Source: Promethearchaeota archaeon
GTDB taxonomy: Archaea > Asgardarchaeota > Lokiarchaeia > Sigyniarchaeales > SOKP01
Assembly: GCA_020343655.1 (NCBI GenBank)
Contig: CP070805.1
Coordinates: forward strand, 1,742,458 to 1,806,457
Direction of reading: 5' to 3'
Length of the DNA stretch: 64,000 nucleotides
Shown here: piece by piece, positions 1-10,181 of the stretch
Numbering within the stretch: position 1 is the stretch's first letter
Layout: each line of letters starts with the position of its first letter
Made by a program: the position numbers and the translations under genes
Notes under the pieces: generated by a model
What the model was told of the DNA's origin: nothing
The model's input: only the letters and a program-made list of their open reading frames with translations
The model's database searches: none

Positions 1-180
1 TATTGGATTATAATCATCCTTTGAGAAATCCTCTGTTTTAAGGTGAGAATCATAAATAAGTGCATCAGAATTAAAACTTATACTTTTTAGAACTAACGGA
101 ATTAATATGACAGAAATAGTCAAAATAACTAGAAAGATCTTAATTTTATTAATTGTACAATTCCGTTTTTTATTTTCCAT
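1..180 (-). CDS. hypothetical membrane-anchored protein, N-terminal 60 codons only (ORF runs off window start)
   Basis: Reverse-strand ATG at 178-180 opens a frame that stays open to position 1. It reads MENKKRNCTINKIKIFLVILTISVILIPLVLKS..., a basic N-terminus plus one hydrophobic helix. Truncated, so absent from the ORF track. Confidence 0.3.
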   Translation of the reverse strand, partial: MENKKRNCTINKIKIFLVILTISVILIPLVLKSISFNSDALIYDSHLKTEDFSKDDYNPI

Positions 181-466
181 AATTAATTCTATAATTATAG
201 AGTATTTAGAACAGAAAATTAAAATAAATTAAATAATTTTTCTCTAGATTTTGTATGTTATCTATTTTACGTCATAAAACCTAAATGAAATCGGAATATT
301 TATAATTATAGAATTTATTTGGAATTTATTAGATTTTATTATGAGATAAAAATATTAATATAAGTCATTTTTAAAATTCATTTTTTAGATATTTGATCTT
401 GAGTGATACCTATACTTCCAACTATTGATTGAGAAATAATTTGAATAACTAAAATTAATGATGTAA

Positions 467-1846
467 ATGGTCAACAAATTAGATAAAACTAAGTTTTTAG
501 GGGTTCTCAACGGCGCAGTTGACCAATTCATGGATCACTCATTTACACATGTTATAAATATTTCTCATAACGATGCTGATGGAATAAGTTGCCTATACAT
601 CATCCAAAATTTATTATATAAGATGCATCTTAATTATGATTATTTTATTTACAATAGATCCGTTTCTTGGGAAAATTATCTTAAAGGAATTCTATCAAAT
701 AGGCAAACTGATAAAAATGCTTTTATCTTTACCGATGTGGGTTCAAACTTAAAAGATTTAATCCCAATTATTAAAAATAGAAAAGAATTTTTTTTTATCT
801 TAGATCACCATGAAGTAGAAGATGATTTACACATTGATGATCATCCTGAGAATCTTTTTTTTATAAATCCAAGTATTTATGGCTATGATGGCCTTGAACA
901 TATTGCTGGAGCAACTTTAACATATATGTTCGCAAGAAAAATAAGACCATCTATAATAAAACAAGGGTGGTTAGCAGTTATAGGAATTGCTGGAGACTCG
1001 TTAAAATCGATGGATAAACTTCAATCATTTAATCTAGAGATATATGAAGAATTGGTTGATGAAGAACTTATTTTAGATAAAGAAGGCTTAATTCTTTTTG
1101 GAAGCATGCATGAATCAATTAAAAAAGGCCTGCAATATAGTATATTACCTTTTCTTAAAGGATTTGGAGGGGAATCAGATCAGAAAATCAATTCATTTTT
1201 AAATAATATAACGATTAATCCAAAAACTAAAGTTATAGATTTAAGTAATGCTGAAATCAAATTGTTGCAAAATGAGGCTAAATTTGAAAGTCTTGGTCAT
1301 TATACTTTATTACCTCATAAATCTGGTTTATTAAAATTTGCCTTTGAACATGCACTTCTATTAAACATATTATGTTTCAAAAATATTAGTGCTGCCCTTT
1401 CTATGATTCAATTAAAATCAATAACGCGCTACGCCAAAAGCATCTATAGTGAGTATATAGACAATCTTGCTAAAAATTTGAGAACTCTTTCAATTGAAAC
1501 ACCTCATTATGAAACTGAAAAAGCGATATTTATGGAAGTAAAAGGAAAAATTCCCCCTAGTAATTGGTCGGATACAGCTAGTTTTAGTGCTGTAAATGAA
1601 CTATTTGACTCAAATAAAATTTTATTTTTAGGAGGTCCTGAGAAAAAATCAGGAACAATTAAATTAAGTATTCGATGTTCAAGAAATTATCTTAAGAAGA
1701 ATAAAGCTAGTGGAGTAAACATAGTAATTTCAAGAATAAAGAAAGAATTAGGAGGTGTAGGTGGGGGTCATAAACTAGCTGGAGGAATTAGGTTATCGAA
1801 ACCATCTTATAATCTCTTAAAAAAGAGAATAGACGAATTTATATGA
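467..1846 (+). CDS. DHH/DHHA1-family phosphoesterase (RecJ/GAN-like nuclease)
   Basis: DHH motifs HNDADGISC and ILDHHEV, plus C-terminal DHHA1 motif GGGHKLAGG; 459 aa. Confidence 0.7.
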   Translation: MVNKLDKTKFLGVLNGAVDQFMDHSFTHVINISHNDADGISCLYIIQNLLYKMHLNYDYFIYNRSVSWENYLKGILSNRQTDKNAFIFTDVGSNLKDLIPIIKNRKEFFFILDHHEVEDDLHIDDHPENLFFINPSIYGYDGLEHIAGATLTYMFARKIRPSIIKQGWLAVIGIAGDSLKSMDKLQSFNLEIYEELVDEELILDKEGLILFGSMHESIKKGLQYSILPFLKGFGGESDQKINSFLNNITINPKTKVIDLSNAEIKLLQNEAKFESLGHYTLLPHKSGLLKFAFEHALLLNILCFKNISAALSMIQLKSITRYAKSIYSEYIDNLAKNLRTLSIETPHYETEKAIFMEVKGKIPPSNWSDTASFSAVNELFDSNKILFLGGPEKKSGTIKLSIRCSRNYLKKNKASGVNIVISRIKKELGGVGGGHKLAGGIRLSKPSYNLLKKRIDEFI

Positions 1847-1874
1847 TTATAAATGAATATATATATTTTCAGCA

Positions 1875-2171
1875 ATGAATTTTTTAGAGAAATTTTCAGA
1901 TACTAAGTATGTAATAAGATTGAATATTAAAACAAACTCTAAAAGTCAAAAAATAGTTAATAACAACGATTTCTTAACAGTTTTTCTTAAAACAAAACCT
2001 GTAAAAAATACAGCAAATAAAGAACTGATAAACCTTATAAAAAGGAAGCTAAATATCTCATCAAATCAAATTCAAATTCTTTCAGGTTCAAAAAGTTCAG
2101 ATAAATTAATTAAACTAACTTTTTCAAAAAATATTGAAGAACAAGAAATAGTAAGAAAACTTGTTAATTAA
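1875..2171 (+). CDS. DUF167 (YggU/UPF0235) family small protein
   Basis: 98 aa. The pattern KTNSKSQKIV...KPVKNTANKELINLIKRKL...ILSGSKSSDKLIKL resembles the DUF167 consensus (P..G.AN ... G..SR.K). Confidence 0.5.
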   Translation: MNFLEKFSDTKYVIRLNIKTNSKSQKIVNNNDFLTVFLKTKPVKNTANKELINLIKRKLNISSNQIQILSGSKSSDKLIKLTFSKNIEEQEIVRKLVN

Positions 2172-2182
2172 AAATAATAAAT

Positions 2183-2533
2183 TTAGCTACCAACTTTTTT
2201 CATTTTTCCACATTTTAAGCAGGTTATAAAATGGGTCATTCCTTCATCAGCTCTCCTGGTTTGACGAGTTTCTAAATGTGCTTTGTCATACCCACAACGA
2301 GGGCATTTAAAATTTTTAATCGTACTTCTCAAATTCTCTTCCTTCCAGTTCATAATTTCAGCAAGATTTGTTACCTCATTTCTAATCGAATGCTCTATTT
2401 TTGTGGTTAATTTATAGGCTTTCGAATGTTCATCAGAAAAAGGTTTAATTGCTCCACACTTACATTTAAACACTTTTTCTCCATTTACATTTGAGGGTAA
2501 CATCATACTGCCACATTCATTGCAGAACTCCAT
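2183..2533 (-). CDS. tfs: transcription factor S / RNA polymerase subunit M-like zinc-ribbon protein
   Basis: N-terminal ribbon CNECGS...CKCG. C-terminal ribbon CPRCG...TRQTRRADEGMTHFITCLKCG carries the TFIIS-type (Q)TR.ADE loop. Confidence 0.7.
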   Translation of the reverse strand: MEFCNECGSMMLPSNVNGEKVFKCKCGAIKPFSDEHSKAYKLTTKIEHSIRNEVTNLAEIMNWKEENLRSTIKNFKCPRCGYDKAHLETRQTRRADEGMTHFITCLKCGKMKKVGS

Positions 2534-2613
2534 AATCTACGAAGACCAAGCAATTATTCTTAACTTTATCATTAGAAATATTAAATTATTCTTCTCAAAT
2601 ATTTTTTTTGAAA

Positions 2614-3588
2614 TCAAAATCTTATTCCAAAAAGCAAAGCACTAAATAATACTCCAGAAATGAGATCTGCTGTAGTTCCAGGATTTAATCTTCCATTCTC
2701 TTTTTGAAGTTCATTATCTAATTCTATTACTAATTCTAAACCTTTTTTGGAAGAAATTCCTCCATATTTCAAGATTTTTAGCGCCCTATTAGAGATGTTT
2801 AATGCTGAATTTATTCCTGATTTTCTTATAATAAGAGTGTCTGGATTTAAAGATAATAATTTTAGATAAGTATTAACCGTAGCAATATTGATATCACTAT
2901 ATTGACTAAATACTTTAAAAAAATATGGTAATCCTTCATTTAATATAATATTAAAACTGGTACAATATTCTAGACTTATTAAATCATATTCCTTTGAAAG
3001 GTCAAATATTCTTTTCAGATTTATTTTATCTGAAATTATGTCATTGATTGAATTTTCATCATTAATATCATATTGTTTAATTTTTCCCAAACCTCCCGGA
3101 TTACATAATCTTATTGCTTTGTACATATTTACTGTATCGTTTACTGTGGCTTTCTCAATGACTTTTTCTAAATTATTTTTTAAATCTTCTATATTATATT
3201 GCTTTGTTTTTAAACAAATTGTAGCTGCAGCAGCGAGAGGTGCTAAAATTAGTATATGTCCTAATAAAACATTACCTCCACCTTGCCATCTTATCATTTC
3301 TTCAATGGCATTCTTAAAAAAAAGACCCAATTCAATTTTTTTATAATCTTCCTCATTCTTAAAAGGGATTTGAAAGATCTTTTCACAAAATTCTCTAAAA
3401 TTTGGTTGGATTGCCACGATTCCTGCTAAAAAATGTTCAAACTTAGTATTTTTGAAATTTTTTGTTCGATGAACATTTCCTGGTTTAGGCCAACCAGCTA
3501 CCTCTAAAAGGCTTGCTAAACTCAAGCTTCGGATTAAATCATTAATAGATTTAATCGAAATATTAAAATTAGTTCCTTGTAAAGACAC
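2614..3588 (-). CDS. triphosphoribosyl-dephospho-CoA synthase (CitG/MdcB) family protein
   Basis: 324 aa. N-terminal GWPKPGNVHR motif and C-terminal NPGTTADL motif are typical of the CitG family. Confidence 0.6.
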   Translation of the reverse strand: MSLQGTNFNISIKSINDLIRSLSLASLLEVAGWPKPGNVHRTKNFKNTKFEHFLAGIVAIQPNFREFCEKIFQIPFKNEEDYKKIELGLFFKNAIEEMIRWQGGGNVLLGHILILAPLAAAATICLKTKQYNIEDLKNNLEKVIEKATVNDTVNMYKAIRLCNPGGLGKIKQYDINDENSINDIISDKINLKRIFDLSKEYDLISLEYCTSFNIILNEGLPYFFKVFSQYSDINIATVNTYLKLLSLNPDTLIIRKSGINSALNISNRALKILKYGGISSKKGLELVIELDNELQKENGRLNPGTTADLISGVLFSALLFGIRF

Positions 3589-3639
3589 ATTTAAATATAT
3601 TCTTTTAAATAATTTAACTATTTTGAAAGAGAATAAGAG

Positions 3640-3948
3640 TTAATAATAACTTAGCTCTGCAATTTTCTTTTCTTTCACAATATATCCTTCAGCTTCAGTT
3701 GTTTTGTGAAAAATTGGTCTAAAGTCATTATGCAATCCATTTTTATAAAGAAATTTTTTTATTCTAAGTCTCAACGCCCTTTTAGATAATTTCTTTGGCA
3801 TTTCTATATCGATATCATTTCCACTCCGGTTAAGGCTTATTTGTGGTAATGCCTCGGATAAGAACCTAATTAAATCAAGGACATGTTGCTCGTTCTTAAA
3901 ACTTAAGTCTTTAACGTTAATTATGAAAGATTTATTTCCTTCACTCAT
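3640..3948 (-). CDS. eukaryotic-type ribosomal protein eL22-like protein
   Basis: 102 aa. The segment LSKRALRLRIKKFLYKNGLHNDFRPIF aligns by eye with the eL22 core [27 protein letters not shown]. eL22 homologs are known in Asgard archaea. Confidence 0.5.
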   Translation of the reverse strand: MSEGNKSFIINVKDLSFKNEQHVLDLIRFLSEALPQISLNRSGNDIDIEMPKKLSKRALRLRIKKFLYKNGLHNDFRPIFHKTTEAEGYIVKEKKIAELSYY

Positions 3949-4091
3949 ACTATTATCACTCTGTAAAATAATTAAAAATATTATTAATTTTTTATGATTT
4001 TATTATAGTAATTTAATATTTGATTTTCTTCTAAGGAAAATTCTCTATTATAGAATAATTCTAAATTTTAAATAATAAAAAGTGACATAAA

Positions 4092-5366
4092 ATGGTGGAT
4101 TATGTAAATCTGGACTATAGGCCAAGCGAAAATGATTTGATTGCGATGTATTATGTGGAAATTTCACCAGATTGTAAAGATCTAGAACATGCTTCAGAAG
4201 AAATCGCAAAAGAAAGTTCAATCGGTACATGGACAGAAATTGCTACATTATCTACCGAAATAGCAGGACGGCTTAAGCCATCAACTTTCTACATTGACCC
4301 TGAAAATAATATTATAAAGATCGCCTACACTAAAGAACTTTTTGAAGCGTATAATTTACCACAGATTTTAAGTGCTATTGCGGGAAATATATATGGAATG
4401 AAAGTATTAAAATCGCTAAGATTATTAGATATAAATTTTCCTAAAGATATTATCCGCGCCTATAAAGGACCCAAATTCGGAATTGAAGGTATTAAAAAGT
4501 TAACCGAAGTAAATGGAAGACCTCTTCTCGGTACAATCGTAAAACCTAAAGTAGGGCTAAATGAATTCGAACACGCTAATATTTGTGGTGAAGCATGGAT
4601 TGGTGGATTGGATATTGTCAAGGATGATGAAAATTTGACTAGTATGGTTTTTAATAAGTTTGAGAAAAGAATCTCGGAAACATTAAAAATTAGAGATAAA
4701 GTTGAAAATGAAACTGGAGAAAGAAAATTTTATATGCCCAATATAACAGCACCTCTAAGTACCATGAAAAAACGAGCTGATTTTGTGATAGAGAATGGAG
4801 GAGAATATGTAATGGTTGATATTGTAACGATTGGATTTTCAGCTTTACAAGAACTTAGAGAATATCTTGATGATAAAGATGCGATAATTCACGCTCATAG
4901 GGCAATGCACGCAGCTTTTACACGAAATAAGAGACACGGAATGACTATGTTAATTTTAGCGAAATTGATGAGATTAATTGGTATGGACCAATTACACACA
5001 GGAACTATAATAGGAAAAATGGAAGGCGCTAAAAATGAGGTGTTAGAGATAAATAAGGTAATAACAGAACGGAAAATTAAAAATAACAATATGACAACGC
5101 TTAATCAGGATTGGAGAGATATTAAGCCTGTTTTGCCTGTTGCTTCAGGCGGTTTGAGTCCCTTACATATTCCTGAATTAATTGAGACACTAGGTAAAAA
5201 TATGGTTTATCAATTTGGAGGAGGGTGTCATGGTCATCCTGATGGAACTAAAGCCGGAGCGAAAGCGATAAGGCAAGCTACTGAGGCAGTTTTAGAGGGG
5301 TATGATTTAAAAGAATATGCTATGAAGAATGTTGAATTAGCCAGAGCGATTGAAAAATGGGGCTAA
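4092..5366 (+). CDS. rbcL: ribulose-1,5-bisphosphate carboxylase/oxygenase large subunit, form III
   Basis: 424 aa. Motifs GTIVKPKVGL, GGLDIVKDDENL (carbamylated Lys region), HRAMHAAF and a GGG loop. No small-subunit gene is adjacent. Confidence 0.9.
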   Translation: MVDYVNLDYRPSENDLIAMYYVEISPDCKDLEHASEEIAKESSIGTWTEIATLSTEIAGRLKPSTFYIDPENNIIKIAYTKELFEAYNLPQILSAIAGNIYGMKVLKSLRLLDINFPKDIIRAYKGPKFGIEGIKKLTEVNGRPLLGTIVKPKVGLNEFEHANICGEAWIGGLDIVKDDENLTSMVFNKFEKRISETLKIRDKVENETGERKFYMPNITAPLSTMKKRADFVIENGGEYVMVDIVTIGFSALQELREYLDDKDAIIHAHRAMHAAFTRNKRHGMTMLILAKLMRLIGMDQLHTGTIIGKMEGAKNEVLEINKVITERKIKNNNMTTLNQDWRDIKPVLPVASGGLSPLHIPELIETLGKNMVYQFGGGCHGHPDGTKAGAKAIRQATEAVLEGYDLKEYAMKNVELARAIEKWG

Positions 5367-5383
5367 TTTTGAGTTAAAATACT

Positions 5384-6316
5384 TTACACCATTTCCGGGT
5401 ATAATTTTACAAAATAATTAGTCACGTGACTAGAGGCAAAAATTCCTGCTTCTGTGATTAATCCGTCTATATACCTTCTACTTACTGTTTCAAAAGCTGG
5501 ATTTAGGATTTTTATGTTTTCTGGGGGATTTTCCCATACTTCTTTTGGATCTCTCATTTCAATAGTCTCCAAAATACCAAGATTGGTTTCTGGATTGTAT
5601 TTTAATAATGGAGATGCAACATAAAAAGGTACATGTTCTTCATGGGCTACTAATGCTAAGAGTCTTGATCCTATTTTATTGATAATAGTTCCCTCAGAAG
5701 TTATGCTATCTGCTCCGATTAAGATTAAATCAACTTGAAAATGTCTTACAGCCCATCTCATTGCACTATCGATAACGTGAATGACTTCAATACCCACGTC
5801 TAATAACCTTTGTGCTGTTTTCCTGCCCTGTAATCGAGGTTGAGTTTCGGTATTTATTACCCTGAAATTTTTTCCTTGCTTTCTTGCTTCCATTAAAATA
5901 GCTGTTACTAAAGAAGAGTGACAATGTGTCATCACAACATATTTTCTTTCAGCAGCAGGAATCCGTCGTGCTCCAATTTCCGCAATTTTCTTCTTTGAAT
6001 TTTGAAGCATGTCATAATATTGATTCTTGTATTTATCAATAATATCAGAAATATATTCAACAATAATATTTTCTTTTTCTTGTTCTAATTTATTCATTAT
6101 AAATTTCAAGCCATTTTTCATAGCAGGTTCCGTTGGTCTAGTATCAATTAAAATGTCTTGACCATTGTAAAGAAACTCAAAACATTTTTCAATATTCTCA
6201 CATTTTAATCTTTTGGCATAACTACTTAAAAAATCAATTGCACTAATAGCAATGTTACTAGCACCTTGGATCTCTAAGGATTTAATCTTTTGAGCATCTT
6301 TTAATAGTTGTTTCAT
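5384..6316 (-). CDS. ribose-1,5-bisphosphate isomerase (eIF-2B alpha/beta/delta-like family)
   Basis: 310 aa. The GADSITSEGTIINKIGS motif is typical of the e2b2/MtnA family. It lies convergent with, and 17 nt from, form III rbcL. Confidence 0.8.
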   Translation of the reverse strand: MKQLLKDAQKIKSLEIQGASNIAISAIDFLSSYAKRLKCENIEKCFEFLYNGQDILIDTRPTEPAMKNGLKFIMNKLEQEKENIIVEYISDIIDKYKNQYYDMLQNSKKKIAEIGARRIPAAERKYVVMTHCHSSLVTAILMEARKQGKNFRVINTETQPRLQGRKTAQRLLDVGIEVIHVIDSAMRWAVRHFQVDLILIGADSITSEGTIINKIGSRLLALVAHEEHVPFYVASPLLKYNPETNLGILETIEMRDPKEVWENPPENIKILNPAFETVSRRYIDGLITEAGIFASSHVTNYFVKLYPEMV

Positions 6317-6384
6317 GATAAATTCACAACTCCCATATTATCTTTCGGTATTTAAATAATATTTTATTATTATAACAAATTATG

Positions 6385-6567
6385 TTATTCTCTTGATGGT
6401 TTTTCTTGATCTAATTTATAATCTTCTGAATCTATTTCAATATAAAAGCGACCGACATAACCACAGGCAGTACATTCATATAAATCAGGTGCAAGCCAAC
6501 CTGTGACATTAACAGCACTTCTTAATTTTGGTTCCTTACATCGCGGACAAATTCTAATATTTACCAT
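6385..6567 (-). CDS. small zinc-ribbon protein
   Basis: 60 aa with CPRC...CTAC. Confidence 0.4.
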   Translation of the reverse strand: MVNIRICPRCKEPKLRSAVNVTGWLAPDLYECTACGYVGRFYIEIDSEDYKLDQEKPSRE

Positions 6568-6737
6568 TTTTAGTGCAAGATATTTTTATGTCAGAAGCTA
6601 AGTTATTATCTTATATTTAATAATAATAAATAACATTTACTCTCTTTATTTTTTAATATTGCTTGTATTCTTATATTGATAGAAATATAAAATTGATCAA
6701 ACTATTATATCACAATTCTCATTAAAATTTTTTATAT

Positions 6738-8561
6738 ATGATGGACATAGAGCTACAGAGAAAAAGTTTGCCAAATGAACCAGGTGTTTATTTATTTGGA
6801 GATAAAGACGGTTCAATAATTTATATAGGAAAAGCTAAAAACCTAAGAAAACGTGTAAATCAATATTTTCTAAAAACCCATTATATCGATCCATACTATG
6901 AGGAAAAAATTAAGGAATTAGTTAATAAAGTATGTACTATCGAATATATTGTGACAGAAAATGAAAAAGAAGCGTTAATCCTAGAAAATATCCAAATCAA
7001 GAAGTATCTCCCTCGTTACAATGTAATCATGAGGGATTCTAAATCGTATCCTTGGGTGGCAATTTTTTACAATGAGGACTTTCCAAGAATCCGTGTAATT
7101 AGGAATCCAGAAAAATACTCTCAAGATAATTTATTTCTTGGACCTTATACAGACAAAAAAGAAATTATAAGAATATTAAGGGATCTAAGAAAAATATTCC
7201 CGTATTGCTCATGTAAGAAACCAATTAAGAAAAGAAAAAGACCTTGTTTGTATTATCAGCTAAAACTCTGCCCGGGTCCATGTTTCACTAGTATTACTAA
7301 AGAAGAATATCGTGAAAATATTAAAAAAATTGAATTATTTCTGAAAGGAGAAACCAATGAATTAAAAAAACAACTTGAAGAAAAAATGCAGGAAGCAGCT
7401 CAAAAGCAAAAATTTGAGTTAGCAGCCTTCTGGAGGGATAAATTGGAAGATATAATTCATGCCACAGACCGACAACATGTTTTAATGAATAATGAAGAAA
7501 ATAAAGATATAGTTGGATTTTATAGTGATAATAAGTTTTTGGCTATGGTTATTATCCATATCCGAGAAAGTAGGATTTTAAATAGAAGTTCTTTTACTTT
7601 TGATTTACGGGAGAAATTAATTCAAAAAGATGAGATTTTAAATTCAATTTTAGAACAATATTATCAAGATTTTAAATCACAATTACCGGAGATTATTATA
7701 ATTCCTGAAGTGAATGAAAAATTTAAAGTATTAAGAGCTTTCTTAAAAGATATTTATGAAGAAATAAAAATAAGAACTCCAATGGATGATAATGAAGCAA
7801 GTTTATTGCGGATTGCTAGTAAAAACGCTATGGTAATAGTTGAGCAACAAGTCCAAATGGAAGAAATCAAGATGGATGATAAGGAATTTAGAGATGATAT
7901 TCTTGAGGAAACAAAAGATCTCTTGAATTTACCAAAAGTTCCTAAGATTATCGAAGGATTTGATATCTCTAATATTAATGGAACTGATGCAACTGGCTCT
8001 ATGGTCTATTTTCTTAATGCAAAACCTTATAATAAAAATTATAGACATTTTAAAATTCGTTCTAAATCTACTCCTAATGACGTTGCAATGATGAAAGAAG
8101 TCTTAAGAAGACGGTATGATATGCTTTTAAAAAGAAATTTAGAATTACCAGATTTAATTTTGGTTGATGGAGGAAAAGGGCAATTGAATGCCGGTATTTC
8201 AGTTTTAGAAGATTTAGGTCTTAATATACCTATTATTGGATTAGCTAAAAAATATGAAGAAATATACTTACCATCAAAGAAAGAATCAATCACGCTTCCT
8301 AAAAATTCTTCTGTATTGAAATTATTTCAAAGAGTTAGAGATGAATCGCACAGATTTGCGATAAGATTACAGAAAAAGCAGAGGAAAAAGCATGTAAATT
8401 CTATCTTAGATAAAATTAAGGGAATAGGTCCTACGACAAGAAATAAATTACTTACCCATTTTGGAAGTGTTGATAATATTAAGAAAAGTTCTAAAGATGA
8501 GTTATCACAAGTAATTGGACCAAAATTAGCTAAGATAATTATAGAAGAACTAAACAAGTAA
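6738..8561 (+). CDS. uvrC: excinuclease ABC subunit C
   Basis: N-terminal GIY-YIG (GVYLFGDKDGSIIYIGKAKNLRKRVNQY), a UVR-like helix (ELAAFWRDKLEDI), an endonuclease V-like domain, and C-terminal HhH (IKGIGPTTRNKLLTHFGS). Confidence 0.9.
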   Translation: MMDIELQRKSLPNEPGVYLFGDKDGSIIYIGKAKNLRKRVNQYFLKTHYIDPYYEEKIKELVNKVCTIEYIVTENEKEALILENIQIKKYLPRYNVIMRDSKSYPWVAIFYNEDFPRIRVIRNPEKYSQDNLFLGPYTDKKEIIRILRDLRKIFPYCSCKKPIKKRKRPCLYYQLKLCPGPCFTSITKEEYRENIKKIELFLKGETNELKKQLEEKMQEAAQKQKFELAAFWRDKLEDIIHATDRQHVLMNNEENKDIVGFYSDNKFLAMVIIHIRESRILNRSSFTFDLREKLIQKDEILNSILEQYYQDFKSQLPEIIIIPEVNEKFKVLRAFLKDIYEEIKIRTPMDDNEASLLRIASKNAMVIVEQQVQMEEIKMDDKEFRDDILEETKDLLNLPKVPKIIEGFDISNINGTDATGSMVYFLNAKPYNKNYRHFKIRSKSTPNDVAMMKEVLRRRYDMLLKRNLELPDLILVDGGKGQLNAGISVLEDLGLNIPIIGLAKKYEEIYLPSKKESITLPKNSSVLKLFQRVRDESHRFAIRLQKKQRKKHVNSILDKIKGIGPTTRNKLLTHFGSVDNIKKSSKDELSQVIGPKLAKIIIEELNK

Positions 8562-8623
8562 GCGTTTTGACATTATTCTTAATTCATGTCAAACTTATAG
8601 ATTTAAAAAAAAATTGATTTAAT

Positions 8624-9883
8624 TTATAAATATTCATCTTTTATTCTCGAGATTAACGTAAAAACAATTATTAAAGTTCCTAATAGTATGAATGTTATGT
8701 TTAAATTCCACATTACGAAATATCCAACAAGGGGATAAAGAATTGCCCTTATCAGACTTGCTATCATATTAATTGTACTTATAACAGTAGCTCGATTCTC
8801 AGTTTCTATTTGTTTATTAATTCCCTTAACGAATATCAAACTCCGTGAAAATCCGAATCCAATTACAATGAGAATTAAAGGAATGCTAATTGGAATGAAG
8901 AATATCACTGACATAAGAATAAATCCAATACCTGGAATCATTGTATATATTTGAAGAAACCTTCTCTTGTTATTAATCCTGTTTTCTAAAGTTGGAACTA
9001 CATTATTAAAGAGTATTTGTATCACTGTCATTGATGCACTTACGAATCCAAAATATATTAATTGAAAATTTAATGCTTCAAGGTAAACTTGATAAGTCCA
9101 TATTAAGAAAAATACCATAGACTCCGTTATTATCATTTCAAAAGCTAATAATCTCAAAGTTTGGTTATTCTTGAGTTCATTGAAGCCAGATTTTATCACT
9201 GTTAAATAATTATCAAGTTTTTTTCTCTCTAAATCGTGATTGGGTTCTTTTAATGTCATCGATAATAATGTTGCTAAGATAAATGGAATGAATATTAAAC
9301 TCATTACAAGATTTAATGATAAGTATGCACCGATTATTGAACCAACTGGAGCAGAAATTCCTATACCTAATAACATGAAACTCCTGTTTCTAGCCATGAC
9401 TTTTGAGATCTCATGTTCTCTACCAAGTTTTCTTAATGTGTCATATATAAAAGCTTGATTTGTCCCTGAAGTTAACGCTGCTCCAAAAGCCCATAATGTT
9501 TCACCAACAATAAATATGAATATATGTGGATAAGTTCCATATATTAAAGCGGCGAATGCGGTTGAAAGCGCTCCTAAAATTAAGGAAAATTTTCTACTTA
9601 TGTAATCTGCGATAGCTCCACAAGGCATCTCAAATACCAATATCATTATTGTAAAGTAGCTCTGGAGGAACATAACTTCAACAAAAGTTAATTTCCCCCA
9701 TGTTAAAAAAAATGGTAGTAGAATTCCTGAGATTAAATGAAAACCCTCTATAAATTGAATTAAGTATGATTTCCATATATTCGACTTCCATTTGCCTTGT
9801 ATGATTCGGTCTTCCTCAATGATTTTGTAGTTACTCTCGAAGTCTACTATTTCTTGCTTTAATTTACTCCTTTTCAATGTCAT
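8624..9883 (-). CDS. MFS-type transporter
   Basis: 419 aa with about 12 hydrophobic segments in two halves. Confidence 0.65.
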   Translation of the reverse strand: MTLKRSKLKQEIVDFESNYKIIEEDRIIQGKWKSNIWKSYLIQFIEGFHLISGILLPFFLTWGKLTFVEVMFLQSYFTIMILVFEMPCGAIADYISRKFSLILGALSTAFAALIYGTYPHIFIFIVGETLWAFGAALTSGTNQAFIYDTLRKLGREHEISKVMARNRSFMLLGIGISAPVGSIIGAYLSLNLVMSLIFIPFILATLLSMTLKEPNHDLERKKLDNYLTVIKSGFNELKNNQTLRLLAFEMIITESMVFFLIWTYQVYLEALNFQLIYFGFVSASMTVIQILFNNVVPTLENRINNKRRFLQIYTMIPGIGFILMSVIFFIPISIPLILIVIGFGFSRSLIFVKGINKQIETENRATVISTINMIASLIRAILYPLVGYFVMWNLNITFILLGTLIIVFTLISRIKDEYL

Positions 9884-10181
9884 TATTAACCACCTTTATT
9901 TTTTCATCCTCTAATATGAGATGAGGTTGTCTATAATAATCTCTCAGATACTCTTCATGACTCAAAAGCTGCTCATATTCCTCAACATATCTTGGATTTA
10001 ACTCTGATCTTTTCAAAAGCCCTAGGAGTTTGGAATTTTTAATTTTTAATTCATATTTTTGCTTTAATAATTGGTTGCCCTTATAATCAGTCAAAATTTC
10101 CTCCTTTAGCTTTTGAACTCTTTCTTGCTTCTGATTTTCTGTTTCTTCCAACAAATCCTTTAATTCTAACAATTTTTTCAC
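9864..10181 (-). CDS. hypothetical coiled-coil protein
   Basis: 105 aa, charged heptad-like sequence. Its stop overlaps the MFS gene start by 20 nt. Confidence 0.35.
   Translation of the reverse strand: MKKLLELKDLLEETENQKQERVQKLKEEILTDYKGNQLLKQKYELKIKNSKLLGLLKRSELNPRYVEEYEQLLSHEEYLRDYYRQPHLILEDEKIKVVNNDIEKE

Noticed and set aside
3038-3346. 102-aa ORF antisense to the CitG-like gene
   Set aside because: It lies entirely inside a longer ORF that has family motifs. Its translation is low-complexity and hydrophobic, typical of AT-rich antisense frames. The same reasoning applies to 4048-4230, 4895-5089, 8039-8293, 8327-8557, 9240-9458, 11404-11586, 12974-13198, 15016-15231, 15262-15498, 15545-15805 and 19918-20139. 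It also applies to 22938-23138, 24362-24628, 27358-27588, 31222-31425, 32343-32585, 34151-34333, 34267-34581, 35902-36237, 38265-38507 and 45009-45215. Likewise for 48158-48370, 48997-49197, 49234-49428, 50753-50941, 51353-51571, 52479-52673, 53355-53624, 53581-53829, 54700-54900, 55052-55336, 57109-57330, 58929-59456, 59071-59283, 61839-62108 and 63462-63686.
6738-8561. Lone uvrC as evidence of a horizontally acquired island
   Set aside because: uvrA and uvrB may simply lie outside the window. Composition looks like the surrounding genes by eye, and no flanking repeats or mobility genes are present.
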